Of a stretch of DNA of 64,000 bases, positions 51,283 through 64,000 are shown in pieces. A model generated the notes under the pieces. That model was not told where the DNA came from. It worked only from the letters and a program-made list of their open reading frames with translations, and did not search any database. The stretch's first letter is position 1. Every line of letters begins with the position of its first letter. Position numbers and translations under genes: made by a program. This stretch comes from Utricularia gibba (Eukaryota > Plantae > Magnoliophyta), in contig NEEC01000020.1 in the NCBI GenBank assembly GCA_002189035.1, positions 744,001 to 808,000 of the forward strand, read 5' to 3'.

Positions 51283-51626
51283 TTTCTCGCTAAAAGCAAA
51301 GATCTTCCCTGTATTCTAACTCTGTTGCGAAAACCCAGAACCAAAACGCATCAACATGGAGCTTCCCATCCATAAAACATAAATCGGAGACATAAATGAA
51401 GCATCATCGTAGTGTCCAACTCCACACACAAAAAAAAAAACCCAACAGCAGCTGAACTCAGCACTGATTCACAAACTCAAAGGGAGACAACAAATGGCAT
51501 GATGACGTGACCAATCTCGGCGGCTTGAATCGCCACCACGACTGAAGATCAGCAAACGTTCATACAAAACATCACACTCCGATGTGCACACGTGCGCCAC
51601 TTTTTTTTTACTTTCCTCCTGATCCA

Positions 51627-51690
51627 GTGGGCCGCATTATAGACTTGGATGGATTTACGTAAATGGGCCGGCCCAATATATAGGCCCATA
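51627..51690. promoter_or_regulatory. Site II motif cluster in the ADCS/PWR bidirectional promoter
   Basis: TGGGCC twice and GGCCCA twice occur within about 60 bp, between divergent start codons 809 bp apart. Confidence 0.65.
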
Positions 51691-52090
51691 TACATAGCGT
51701 CTGTTTAACGATTTTTATTTCATGAATAAATGCTAATTGACCCCTATGAATCGCAATAATTACACTTATGGTTCTCCAGTCTCCTCTTTCCTTTCCTTCT
51801 TGCCCCGTTTGACTGTCGCTTCCCTCTTCCTCTTCTTCTCTGCTCTCCCCTCACAAACAACAGACTACGGGAATTCATTGAAATTGAAAGAATTTGCAAC
51901 CTGGATTTGGGATTGTTGCCAATCAGGATAGGAAAAATTTCATAATCCAGGCATATATTTGTGTTTCCTTTTTTGTTTTCCGACTCTCCAAAAATACTTC
52001 TACTGCTCCAAAGCTTTGGTGAGGAAGGAAGTTTCCTGTTGTTTTTCTGGATGAGATTGGAACGAGACGGAGAAACGATTCGGTGAATTG

Positions 52091-55000
52091 ATGCCGCCGG
52101 AGCAGTTGCCTTGGGATCGAAGGGACTTTCGAAAGCATGAGAGATCCGCATCCGACACACGCTTTGTAAGTGGTAGTGGAGGATTTGGGAGTAGATGGAG
52201 GGACCCCCACGATCCTCATGCCCCTCCGCCACGGTCGTCGCATCCTCCGGCTCATCACCATTATCAAAACCCGCAGCAACCGCAGCGTTGGTACTCGGGT
52301 TTTCGTTCATCTAGGCCTATAGTGAATGGTAATGTTCTTTTTCGATTAACAGCCGAGCGTGTCTTCCATGGTTCTGTTTCTCTCTTTTTCTTGGTTTGAG
52401 CTCCGTCGGGTTCTGTTTCTGTTGGGTGTTTAGAGTGGCGCATACCTTTGGAATATTCTTGTTCTGAATTGTTAGAATCAGTGTTTCTTTTTATCTCAGT
52501 CCATCACTGTTGCCTTCTTTTTGGAAAGGTGTTCTCTTTCATGGATGCAGTCAACTGGACGGTTCTAGGTTATGAAATCAATGAACAAGTTTTGATCTTT
52601 TTTTCATGGGAACTGCCTTGGGTAGATTTTTGTTTTTGACTTGTCGAGTGTCTTGTGTTAGAAATATTTGCAGTTCTGAAAACTCAAGGCTAACGATGTG
52701 ACTTGGATTGAGAAAGGTTATTTTTCAATTAACGTTGAAGTTGGAAAATTAAGCCCGCATTGGTTTGTTCATTTTTCAATTTTTTCGTAAAATGCTTCCT
52801 GCTTTTGGGTATTCCATGTTATTTCTGAAGGTCATGGTAAGCAGGGTGAATGGCATGTGTATTCAGATGAGGCTGCGCGTGGATATCTACCATTTGGATC
52901 TCGGCACAATGACAGAAGTTTCGAGGATGATGGCTCACGACATTTAGGTCGTCACGGGGATGAAAGGTATGTTCGAAATAGCAGGGAAAGTAGGGGGGTC
53001 TTTACCCATAGGGAGTGGAGATCCCCTAACTGCAGGATCAGTGCAGGTTCCAGTGGTTCAGGGAAACACATTGGCGAGGTTGGTAATCAGAAGCCTCAAG
53101 AACATGCTCCATGTCATAACAACCAGAGTAACAGTGGTGATGCTGCTATTCCTGTCACTTTTTTGCCCTTAGATCAGCATAAATCTGATTTGAAAGTGAA
53201 CTGTGAAGATGGACCTTCGTGTAAATCAGGTTCGTGTAAATCAGGTCAGAATATTGCACCTTCTAGTAGTCTAGAAAAACCCCTTGTTGAACTTAATAGT
53301 CATAGGCCCATAGCAAATGCTTCAATGCCTTACAACAATGGTAAGGTTGATGAGTTGACTACTGCTGTCACTGTTTCGCCCTTACATCAGCATCCGCCTG
53401 TTTCGAATGAGAAACATGAAGACTTTGGAGGTGCAGATGATGTGACTAGATCAGTCCAGAGGTTCGAAAAAGAAAATACTCTTGGATCCATTGACTGGAG
53501 ATTTCTGAAATGGTCACGGTCAGGAAGTCTCTCATCAAAGTGCTCTTCACATGGAAGTTTCAGTAGCTCAAAGGAAGATGAAGCACATCATACTTCTTCT
53601 ATGGGTGCCTGTGCTGCGTACACTGTTCCAAGACCTTCCGATAACACAAATTCTAGGAAAAAGCCACGGCTTGGTTGGGGTGAGGGTCTTGCTAAGTATG
53701 AAAGCAAGAAGGTTGAAGGCCCTGACAATGTTCCAGAGAAGATTGATCTATTTTCTATTCCTAATACAGATACATCGCATTCACCATCTGGAAATCTTCG
53801 AGATAAGAGTCCCATTCACACAAACTTACCAATGTCCTCTACTTCTCCATCTTCTGTTACGTGCAGTTTTTCACCTGGTAATTTGATATCTTCCTAGCAT
53901 GCTGAATTGCCTTTTCTTTTGTTCTTGACACATCTGAAACTGCGCACTAAAGATTCTTATAATCCTATATGCCATCAACGTCACTTGGCATAATCCTGTT
54001 TTCCTATAAAGATGTACTATGATCCTCAGTGATTTGTTGATGTGCATATTTTTCAAAGAACAGTTGGTATTAATTTTTTTATGCTGAAATTATCCATGTG
54101 TCTTCTCATTTTTGTTGGCTCGTGCAATCTCAGCATACTTAAAACATCTTTTGCAGGTATGGAGGAGCATGAGTCCATCAAAGTAGCCGGTATTGATCAG
54201 ATAAATGCAAGTATCAAAAGTGCATTGGGCATATTGCCCATAGCTGACTACAAGGAGCCAAGTTTTAACTTAGGAAGCATTGATGAGTTATCTTCTGTTA
54301 CTAATTTGAGCGATTTGGTAAATGGATTGCTGCAATCCAATGATCAGGGATGGATTGAAACAGGTTATGTTAAATCTACTTCAATGAATACATTGCTTGT
54401 GTGGAAAGCGAATGTATTGAAAGTGCTTGAGGTCACAGAATCTGAAATCGATTCTCTTGAAACACAATTTAGATCACTACTTGGTGATTCTAGAAGTTGC
54501 TGTCCTCACCCTTCAGTCCGACAGTCTTCAACAGGAGATTGCGGTATAATACCTTGTTCAAAAATGTTCAATGCTTCGAGTTTCACCACTGGTCCTAGTT
54601 TGCTGAATCTAGCTGTGCCCAAAGATGTGAATACTGGGGATCCCACATGTGAACTGGAGGATGGGAAGGCTGACAGTCCACTTAGTAATTCATGTAAATT
54701 AGTTGATGCTTCACTGCCTAAACTATTTTTCAAGACGTTGAAACACATTGAATATCCAAGTACAGATCCCATCAACTCCTTGAACTCTGATCAGATGTAT
54801 TGCAGGGATGTGGGTGATATTTATGACTCCATAATTTCTTCCAATAAGGATGTAGCGAGTAAAGTGTCGGATGATTTGAATAAGCTGTTACCTTTCCTGG
54901 GGTGCAGTTTTGATGCTTCAACCTCATCCCATGCATCTTCTTTTCAGAGGAGTCCCCTGAACATCAAGGAGAAGATAATGAAGAGGAGGCAGATTCTCCA

Positions 55001-58000
55001 GTTTAGTGAGAGGGTTCTAATTATCAAGTACAATGTATTTCATCATTTCTGGAAGGAAGGCCGAATAGTCTCTCTGAAGAAAAATAGAAGGAAGCCTCAT
55101 AAGAAGTTTGATCTGTTTCAGACCATGTGCAGCATATACCGTTCATCTAGCCATTCTGGTAAGCTTGTGTGCTATTAGGTCCTCATTTTCTGTCTTTCTT
55201 CTATGATAATGATTGCACCCAGTTTCTATGTCTCTACATGAATTCCATGCATTTCAGGCTTGACGCTCTCCTGCTGTGTATGATATTCTTGTGTTGTATT
55301 TCATTAGTATATAGAATAGTGAAAAATAGCAGGGACGCTTTAAGAGGCCCTGTGTAGGAAGGTGAGTTTTAATTGTGAAAACTATGTTTCTGTGTAGAAT
55401 AAGCTTTTTTTTTCCTATCACTCATGATTTTCAGAGATTAGAGAGTAAGAAGCTTCACTCTGTTTGTTGATTTGAGCCTCATAATCTCATTCTTTTTCTT
55501 ATTGTTAGTGTTTTCATTCCACAAAGTCCAAATTCATTTTGTTGTTTGTCATAGAACCTGTCTCTGTGATACTTATGGTACGACATCCTCCCCAGAAAAA
55601 CGCACATGGTCCTCAAAACGAAATGAACTCAATCTGTACTTTGCTTTACCGGCTTTGGTATAACTTATGAAGAATCATCACTTTTTGCTTTCACAAGCCT
55701 TGCACTGAAAAGCTTATATGGTCACATTTCTGTCTCAGGAAGATTGGATTTTATTTTGGCTAGGGGCATCACACCGTTGAATCACCTTTTCCTTACTTTT
55801 TGTGTGTGCTCTCAAATGTTGTAAAAAAAAAAAAATCCAACAGAATGAAGAATTGTCTGTGACTTAAAACATTGACTCTTTAAAATCTATTTGTATTGCA
55901 GTTGGGAGCCTTCCAAAAGTGCCTGCTGAAGAAATAGTGGATATGGTCAATAGTCTGCTCTCAAATTTTCCTTTCAAACCATGTAGGAGTACTCTCAAAA
56001 TGCCATCGTTAATTCTTGACAGAAACACAAAGTCAAGGTTCATTTCAAATAATGGCCTAGTGGATGATCCTTTTGCTGATGAAAGGGAAAGGTCTGTATT
56101 GAATCCATGGACTGCCGAAGAGAGGGAGATTTTCATTGGCAAGCTTGCTGCATTTGGAAAAGATTTCCAGAGAATTGCTTCTTTTCTGGATCACAAAACA
56201 ATAGCTGATTGTGTTGAGTTTTATTACAAGAATCACAAGTCTGAATGCTTTTCAAGAGCTAAGAGAAAATCTGATTGCACCAAAAAGAAGTCTCGCTCTA
56301 GCATGTACTTGGTGGGAGCCAGGAAAATGTATCGGGATTCAAATGCAGTGTCTCTTGATATACTGGGTGAGGTTGCAAATGCCAGTAATTACATTGAGAC
56401 ACAGCTGAAATATAAATCTCGAATATATCTGGGTTCTTCTGGGTTCCAGAACTCTCCATCCGGTGAGCAAAGCATGTTGCAGTTAATAGACAATTTGGAT
56501 TTTTATACTAATGAAAGGGCAGCTGTTGATGTATTGGCAGGTGTATGTGGTTCCTTATCATCTGAGGCAATGGATTCTTGCATCACGACTTCCTGTGACC
56601 CTGCTGATGGAAACCAAGAATGGAAAATACAGAGACAAAGCTTATGCATAAGACGGCCATTGACCCCTGAGATTACACATTGTGTTGATGATGAGTCTTT
56701 AGAAGAGAGCTGTGGAGAGATTGATTCTACTGATTGGACGGATAAGGAGAAGTCCATGTTTATTCATGCTGTTTCAGTGTATGGCAAAGATTTCTTGATG
56801 ATATCACGTTTTCTGAGAACGAGATCCAGAGATCAGTGTAGAATCTTTTTCAGCAAGGCTCGCAAGTGTTTGAGGTTAGATGTTATTCAGCCTCCTGAAG
56901 CATGTATTGCATCTGATAGTACTGGTGTTGATGGTGGTGATACCGAAGGGGTGTGTGTTATGCAGAATGATTCGTCTATTTGTAATATTATTTCTCAGGA
57001 ACCTTTTGATGACAAGCCTGTTAAAGAAAATAAAGTTTCTAGTGGACATGAAGCCTGTGCCGAAGTTGAAACCACAGTAGAATCAGGATCCGTTGTTAGC
57101 AAGAACGTACAGAAAAATGACTTCTTTACCTCGGCTGAAGAACTGAAGGATAATGATACTGAAAAAACAGGTATTATGTCATGTAAAGTTCCTATTGTAA
57201 GCTTCACCTGTGACAGAACGATGACTGAGCATCAACAAGTATCTAATGAATCATCTACTGTTGATGCAGTTTCTTACATGCTTCCCAAATCTGATGAGAA
57301 TGGTAATGCTTGTGATGGAAAGACATCTTGTGCAATGCCATTACAAAAGAATGATCTTTCAAGATACATGTGTTCATCATCAATGCTGTTCCCAGTTCCG
57401 ATCAAGTATCAAGAGAATTCTTGTAGTGGTGATGATTTCCAAAATGTTTGTTCACGTGGTGTTGATGCAGTGCATTCTCAGATCTTGCGGAAAACTGGGT
57501 GTCCATCTCGTCACTCAGTTTCCTTCCAGTCAAATCCTTCCAATATTCCAAACGGTTACCATGTTTCAGTGACAACCTGTGAGAGGATAACCTGGGAGGC
57601 TGATAACAAAACACAGATTACATCACATTGCGAGGAATGTGAACATCCGAGGCATCAGAATGATACGGCTCCTCAGCAGCTTCATTTTCCAGGACAAAAT
57701 GGCACTCTACCTAGATGTCAGTCAGGAGAGGATAAACCATCCAGGAATGGTGATCTAAAATTGTTTGGTAAAGTTATGATAACCCTTGAAGCGAAATCCA
57801 TCTCTGCAGAGAGTGATGGTGATGGGAAATGCCATAAACAGGAGCCGTTGAATCCCAGTTCTGGAACCATATGTCCCCGTCTGCCTGATACTACAGCTAC
57901 ATTGGGGTTGGATCACTCATCGTTACACACAATTGTGAAGAGCAGTGATTGCCTTCCAGATGGTGCTTCTGTCTTGCCAGGAAAATTCCTAAGCAGATGC

Positions 58001-58063
58001 AATGGATTACCAGGAGCCAATGTGTTACAGAATTTGAAACAACCTCAAGATGACTCTGGATAG
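52091..58063 (+). CDS. PWR: POWERDRESS-like two-SANT-domain NCoR-type corepressor
   Basis: Exons 52091-52328, 52831-53877, 54157-55158 and 55902-58063 are in phase. Motifs are MPPEQLPWDRRDF, RKKPRLGWGEGLAKYE, SANT1 PWTAEEREIF...CVEFYYKNHK, SANT2 WTDKEKSMF...FFSKARKCL and a KLFGKV repression-like motif. Confidence 0.9.
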
Positions 58064-60302
58064 GAACGGGGAACGGAGTGCATTTCAACTCAAAGGCCCC
58101 TCTGAGGTGTGCTCCCGGCCCCATAGCCAATAAGCACCATTTTTCAAGTGCTCTAGGTGCAATTGAGCAAGCAGGAATGGAGGATACCTGAAAGGGGACG
58201 CAGCTCAGTAGCAGATAAGTTATCCCTTTGGCGTTTTTAGTGTTGAAATATATATATATATACACATTCTTTTGGTTCTGATTCGTGTAGTTTACAGAGA
58301 GGGCCTTGGGTAGTTTATGATCCTCCCTTTTTCTGTTTAGAGATAGAAAAGCTGCGATGTTGTAGTGCATTAAAAAGCTCCTTCTCTGTCTCTTGTAGCA
58401 TGTGGACACATCTGCAAAATTAATTTCTAGGATTAGTTTCTGGGTAACTGCACTTGAACTCTATTCATTCCTCACATGCTCGCTCCTTGGTTGGCTTCTT
58501 TGTCGTTACTAGACACAAGGGAGGTGGAGCATCTCCTCGAGGAATCGCAGCCGCACACAAACACAAGCCATCGCCGGGGAGCAAACAAAACCGAGCCTTG
58601 TCGGCTTGAATTCAACATTCACACGCATTACCCAGATTGGTCTGTGTTCTGAAGCAGGTTCTTCTCAAGTTTCCAGCTGGGCTTTTCATCGAACAGCTTT
58701 AAAGCATGATCTTTTCCATCCCAGCAGGATGGGTCTCTTCTGGTTCGTTTCGTCTCTGATGCCTTCCTCTTCCCCGGCAGGCATCACATGCCGTGCTGCG
58801 ACTCCGCTGTTGAGACACGCTGAGAAGGCGGGGAATCGGGGACGCGCTTCCACATTCTTCCGTACTACACGTGATGGGCCACCCGTGTAAAGGCACAACA
58901 ATAATATTTTCTTTTCCAAAATAATAATAATAATAATAATAAGTGTATTATCTTTGGTCATATTCTTAATATAAAATATGATTTGTAATCCTATTTATTG
59001 TTTGACAAATTTCTTGAAATAATTCTGTTTAATTTTAAATATTTTAATCTTTAGTTTTTTAATATTAAAATCAAAAATTGAAATTTAATTATTCATTTCA
59101 TAAATTATTGAATTTTTTAATCTATGTTTCATATATTAAATAATAGATTACTTACAAAAAATTATACAATTCACCTTTTATATATTCCAAAATATATTTA
59201 TATCAAATATTAAATTATTTATATAATTTTATATATTAAATTTATAACATATATTTTACTTTATTAAATTTTATAATATAATTTTATGTTTTCCCACAAA
59301 ACATGTTTAATTTGAATATTAAACATGGATAACAATGTTTTAAAAACGGATTGAATCATTTTTTTTAATTTAGTCATGAATATTAAATTGTGAAATGAAT
59401 CTTATTGATTTGAAATCGAACCATGATTTGATCCATATATATTTTTTATATTTTAAAATGATTCAAATTTAATCAAATCGCTATCTTGAATGATTCATGA
59501 TTCAAAGTAGTTCGACTGCGAATGAACCATGATTTAAACACTAGATAAAAACACAAATTCATCAGTATAATGGTATGGTTACTACTTTGGGTAAGATAAG
59601 TCTCCATTTACCTTATTGCCCTAATTGTACAAAAAATCAATTTTAGAGGCATACATCAAATTACCGATTAACAAATACACATTAAAATACTAAATCGAAC
59701 TCATACTGATAAAAAAAATATTGAATTGAAAATTGATATTTGGATATTGGAAAAGCCTCCACCAATTTTTTCTCTCAAAATAAAAATCCATTTTTTATGA
59801 TTAAATAGCAACATGAATCATAAATCACTATAAAATAAAATGATCATACAAATTTCCATATTAGAAAACAAACAATAGTATATATGCAAACATGATTTCA
59901 GTCAAAAGTGTTAGAACAAAGAAACCATAGCTTTGTTTCAAAAAGTTAGTATCACTTTTCATTATTTATCGAAATTATATAAGAAATTCAGATCACGATA
60001 TATCTAATAGTTATCATGGTATCGAAATAAAATCTGAAGTATTTAGAAATTTGATCATATGTGAAACAAAAATGATCATCTATCACACTTGCAAATAAAG
60101 TATAAAATCCTAAACCTAATCAGTTAGTTGATTATTTGAGTGATGTATTTTGAGTATGGGAGAGGGTTTGAGTGCATGATCGAAGAGAAGGGGGCCACCA
60201 CGTGTGCACCATCGTTTTGGCTCCGGCTTCCTTTCTCTCTTATTATTTCAGATTCCACGCAGCCCCGATGTGCTCCTTTTCCTCACAAGAAGATTATCCA
60301 CC

Positions 60303-60791
60303 ATGGATTATCCTGCCGGCGATGGGGCGGCGCCGGCGAGCCGATACGAGTCGCAGAAGCGCCGCGACTGGCACACGTTCCAGCAGTACCTGAGAAGCCA
60401 CGAGCCCCCCCTGACGGTGGCCAGCTGCGGCGGCGAGCACGTGATCGAGTTCCTTAAGTATCTGGACCAGTTCGGGAAGACGAAGGTGCACGTGCCCGGT
60501 TGCCCCTACTTCGGCGACCCCAACCCCCCGGCGGCCTGCCCCTGTCCTCTGAGGCAAGCATGGGGCAGCCTCGACGCTCTCATCGGCCGCCTCCGCGCCG
60601 CCTACGATGAGAACGGCGGCCCCCAGGAGGACAACCCCTTCGGAGACAAGTCCGTCCGGGTGTACCTCAAAGACGTCCGCCGATCCCAGGCCGAGGCCCG
60701 CGGCGTCCCCTATGATAAGAAGAAGCGCAAGAGGCCGCCCCCCGGAGGCGGCGCCGGCGCCGGCGGCAGCGCCAGCACCAGCGTAAGCTGA
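60303..60791 (+). CDS. LSH: ALOG (DUF640) / LSH transcription factor
   Basis: Intronless, very GC-rich ORF encoding [56 protein letters not shown] and a KKKRK NLS. Confidence 0.97.
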   Translation: MDYPAGDGAAPASRYESQKRRDWHTFQQYLRSHEPPLTVASCGGEHVIEFLKYLDQFGKTKVHVPGCPYFGDPNPPAACPCPLRQAWGSLDALIGRLRAAYDENGGPQEDNPFGDKSVRVYLKDVRRSQAEARGVPYDKKKRKRPPPGGGAGAGGSASTSVS

Positions 60792-60889
60792 AACCTCTCT
60801 CTAGGTAGTGAGCGGTCAAAGTCAGGAGTTGATATTATTCTCGTGCATTTTTTTGTCTGATTTACTTCATATTGTAAAACAATTACCCA

Positions 60890-61515
60890 AATCCTTCTTA
60901 TTACAAGCCCACACAACATCCCTCATTTACACTTCTTTTCGAATAAAAAAACATTTTAAAATTTCTTAAAACAGACACTAAATAACATAATCTTATTACA
61001 ACGACACCTCGGATCCCACCCCTTCCTATAAGAACGAAACATGAACAAATTTTCCGACAAAGGGGATAATTTTTTTAAAAAAATCATTTTAAAATTTCTC
61101 AAAAGAGAATCTTATTTGATAATAAAACTAATTTTAATATAACTTGGTACAAAAATAATCTTATTACAACACCCCTAGGATCCCATAACTTCATCTAAGA
61201 ACGAACATGCACAAATTTTTCAATAAGGGGATAAATTTTTAAAATTTCTCAAAACAAAATCTTACTAACAATAAAACTGATTTTGAAATGTTTGAATAGA
61301 ATTTGTTACAAACATAATCTTAGTATGACACTACCTAGGATCCCACCCCTTCCTCTAAGAACGAAACATGAACAAATTTTTTGACAAAGAAGATAATTTT
61401 TAAAATTTCTTAAAATAGAATCTTATTTAACAATAAAACTGATTGTGAAACGACTTATTACAAACATAATCTTATTACAAAAGCACCTCGCATGAAGAAT
61501 TTTTCCGACAAAAAA
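60890..61515. repeat. Degenerate tandem repeat, about 3.5 copies of a 160-167 bp monomer
   Basis: The block ATAATCTTA...GGATCCCA...AGAACGAA...ACAAATTTT recurs, with GGATCC at 61011, 61178 and 61338 and a partial fourth copy at about 61465-61512. Confidence 0.85.
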
Positions 61516-63293
61516 TGCCTGTTGAAGCTCGGCCATTCCATTAGCTGTGGTTGCGGTCGACACGGGGGTGGGACCGGGGAGATGTGACTGGTCGAAACGG
61601 GAAGTAAAGTTTGGTGCATGAGACTTGGGAGGTGAGGTGATTGCGGAATGTGGGGCCCGGGTGTTGCTTCCTGCTCCCCCGGTGCGTTGTATGCGCTTCC
61701 CCTTTCAAATATAATACCCATAAAATTATTGCAATTGGGGGCCATGGCATGTCATCGGAATATATCGTGTCGCCCCGCTACTTATTATTATTCCTTTTTA
61801 ATGATTCATGTTATACAAATATAAAATAAGAATTGATATATGCTTAGAAAAAAAACGATTATTATAAAATAAATACATATTTAGAAACCAAAAAATAATA
61901 ATTAATTTTAATAAATAATTACTTATATAGATATATTTATAAATTTTAAAAAAATGTTTTATATATCATTTTTATTATAGAAATATAATATAATTTTTGA
62001 ATTATAATTTGTATAATTACTTTAATTTAAATATATTGATATTAAAATTATGATTTAAAATTAAAATAACTAAATAATTTATAAAAATATTCATGAATAG
62101 ATATATTTGTAATTTCAATCTTAAAATCAATTTTCAAAAATTAAATCTTTTAAAGAAATTTTCATTTCATGGTTATTTTCAAAAATTAATTCACATAAAA
62201 TAGAATTTGATATACATTTGAAAGATAAAAACTGATTTTATGAACTACCAAACATTGTTTCATGCATCCATTTCCACTCCTATTTTTATTTCTATTTTTG
62301 GTCAAAATTTGACTCTATATTAGAAGTGCTTTTAATATAACCACTCTAAAATACTTAAAACCTTCACTTTTTTTTGACTCAAGGTCTCCTACCTTACAAA
62401 AGATGCTTGAAAAAAAATTATTAAAAAGAAAAAAAAAGGAAATTTGAAAATGGAATCTGGTAGCTTCTTCGCAAGTCAAAAAATGAGCACATTAGTAATG
62501 ACTTTTGCAGGCCGAGGGTACAATAAAAGCACGGTTTTCAACCTCTTTCAAATAAAACGGCGGCGTTTTGACGTGCCTGCCTCTTCCCCAAGGGTGGTCA
62601 CCTTTTCATTGTTCCGCATATTTTCATTATTATTTTTTATTATCAGAAGAATAAATTAATAATTTCATAGAATACAGTTACTTTTTTATATTTAAAATTA
62701 AAAAAATATTATTATTTTAAAAATAATACTTAAATATAAAATAAACCGTTTACTTGATTCTGATTTCTAAGTCTCATTATTTATTCGATATGCTTATATT
62801 CTTTTTTTAATTCTTTTTTCTCTAAGTTTCTTGCGTTATTATGTAACCTTTTTTGTTAATTTTTTATTTCATTTTATTATATATTTTATTGCTATTGATT
62901 ATTCTTGATTCAGAAAATTTATTATCATTTCAAGAATGATAATTACTATTTTTTGCATAATATATTAATTTCCATAATGAGAGTCTTTTATAGGAAAATT
63001 ATTTTTAAAAATGTAAAAAATGGATCTAAAAAATAATGAATAATTTATTTTTGGCCTAATTCCTACCTAAGTAGTATTCCAAAATACTTATAATTTTATT
63101 TTTACTTTTATAAAAATAAAATTAGCTGCAAATGTTTTTCTAAAGAGTACTACTAATACAAATTACAAAATATTTATGATTAAATCGAAGAATTAAAAAT
63201 AATTTGTTTTCTACTAAAAAAATTATACATTTTTAAAAATAAAACTATATTTCAAAAATTTCCTGCAAGACTACTCCAATCCTCATTGTCTAT

Positions 63294-63790
63294 GAGTATG
63301 TTTGGTTTGAGAAAATTTGCATTTCTAGAAATGTCTCTTATACAGGAATATTAGATGAAAAAAGAATAATTTAAATAAAAAATTATTTTAAATATCATGT
63401 TTGATTTTACAAATAAAATAGTAGGATAATAAATCTATTGGGAGATTATATACTTTTAAACAAATCATGTTTGAAAATACATAACCTTTCAAAAGATTTA
63501 AAAGTGGGATAGAAATAATCGAAAATATAATAAAAAAGATCATAACAACAAAATCATCTTAATATAGTATTAAAAATAATAAAGTAGTATTAATATAATA
63601 TTACAAATAATAAAATTGTCTTATACCGTTTTCAAATATTCAAATCACATCTCCATTCCTTTCATTTTATTTATTAGATTTTAAATATTTCAAATTTTTA
63701 ATTTTTATTTTTTAAATTCATAAAATAAACAGTGAAATATGACGTCGTTGATAATTATATCCCATCAAATTTTAACTAACAAACACGTCC
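63294..63790. mobile_element. Possible old Tourist-like MITE
   Basis: Degenerate TIRs (GAGTATGTTTG versus reverse-complemented GGACGTGTTTG, 7/11) are flanked by TAT on both sides and enclose an AT-rich interior. Confidence 0.35.
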
Positions 63791-64000
63791 TATTATTATT
63801 CTTAGGAATGCGATTGTTGAAGTGCCGTTTTGAATGGGTGGAATTTGTTGGTGACCACCACAACTTATAATCAATATAAATTATTTAATTTTTAATTTCT
63901 AAAATTATGTTATAAATCGTTCAATTTGATTCTTTTTGTAAACAGTTTGTTTTCAAATTTATAAAATTACATAATTAATTACTCATATTATCAAAACTAA

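Noticed and set aside
58040-58140. Possible frameshifted continuation of PWR (MTLDRNGERSAFQLKG)
   Set aside because: Similarity to remembered homologue tails is too weak to call. The existing stop is acceptable.
60890-61515. CRISPR-like repeat-spacer reading of the tandem array
   Set aside because: The context is eukaryotic, whole monomers are similar with no unique spacers, and there are no cas genes.

Overview
Plant (eudicot) nuclear DNA from a compact, gene-dense genome: introns are mostly 60-100 nt, intergenic DNA is very AT-rich, and there is about one gene per 3.5-4 kb. I can support 17 protein-coding genes by manual exon assembly. In order they are a RING-CH ligase, RPS15A, ADF, an uncharacterised TM protein, XBAT31, RUG3, Elongin C, FtsH3/10, a FRIGIDA-like gene, a class I formin, a trypsin-fold protein, TON1, PBL7, a pPLAIII patatin, ADCS, POWERDRESS and an ALOG/LSH gene. 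There are no rRNA, tRNA or CRISPR features. I found no demonstrably new biological system. The best leads not visible in the ORF track are (1) a decayed, intron-retaining PGP-synthase pseudogene between PBL7 and the patatin gene, (2) a TON1 intron whose expected donor reads GA instead of GT, (3) a GC-AG intron in Elongin C followed by a U22 tract, (4) an unexplained 1.7-kb region with splice signals between XBAT31 and RUG3, and (5) two likely catalytically dead enzymes. Single-base frameshifts in short homopolymers of ADF and ADCS look like assembly errors. Family assignments and Arabidopsis comparisons are from memory; no searches were run.
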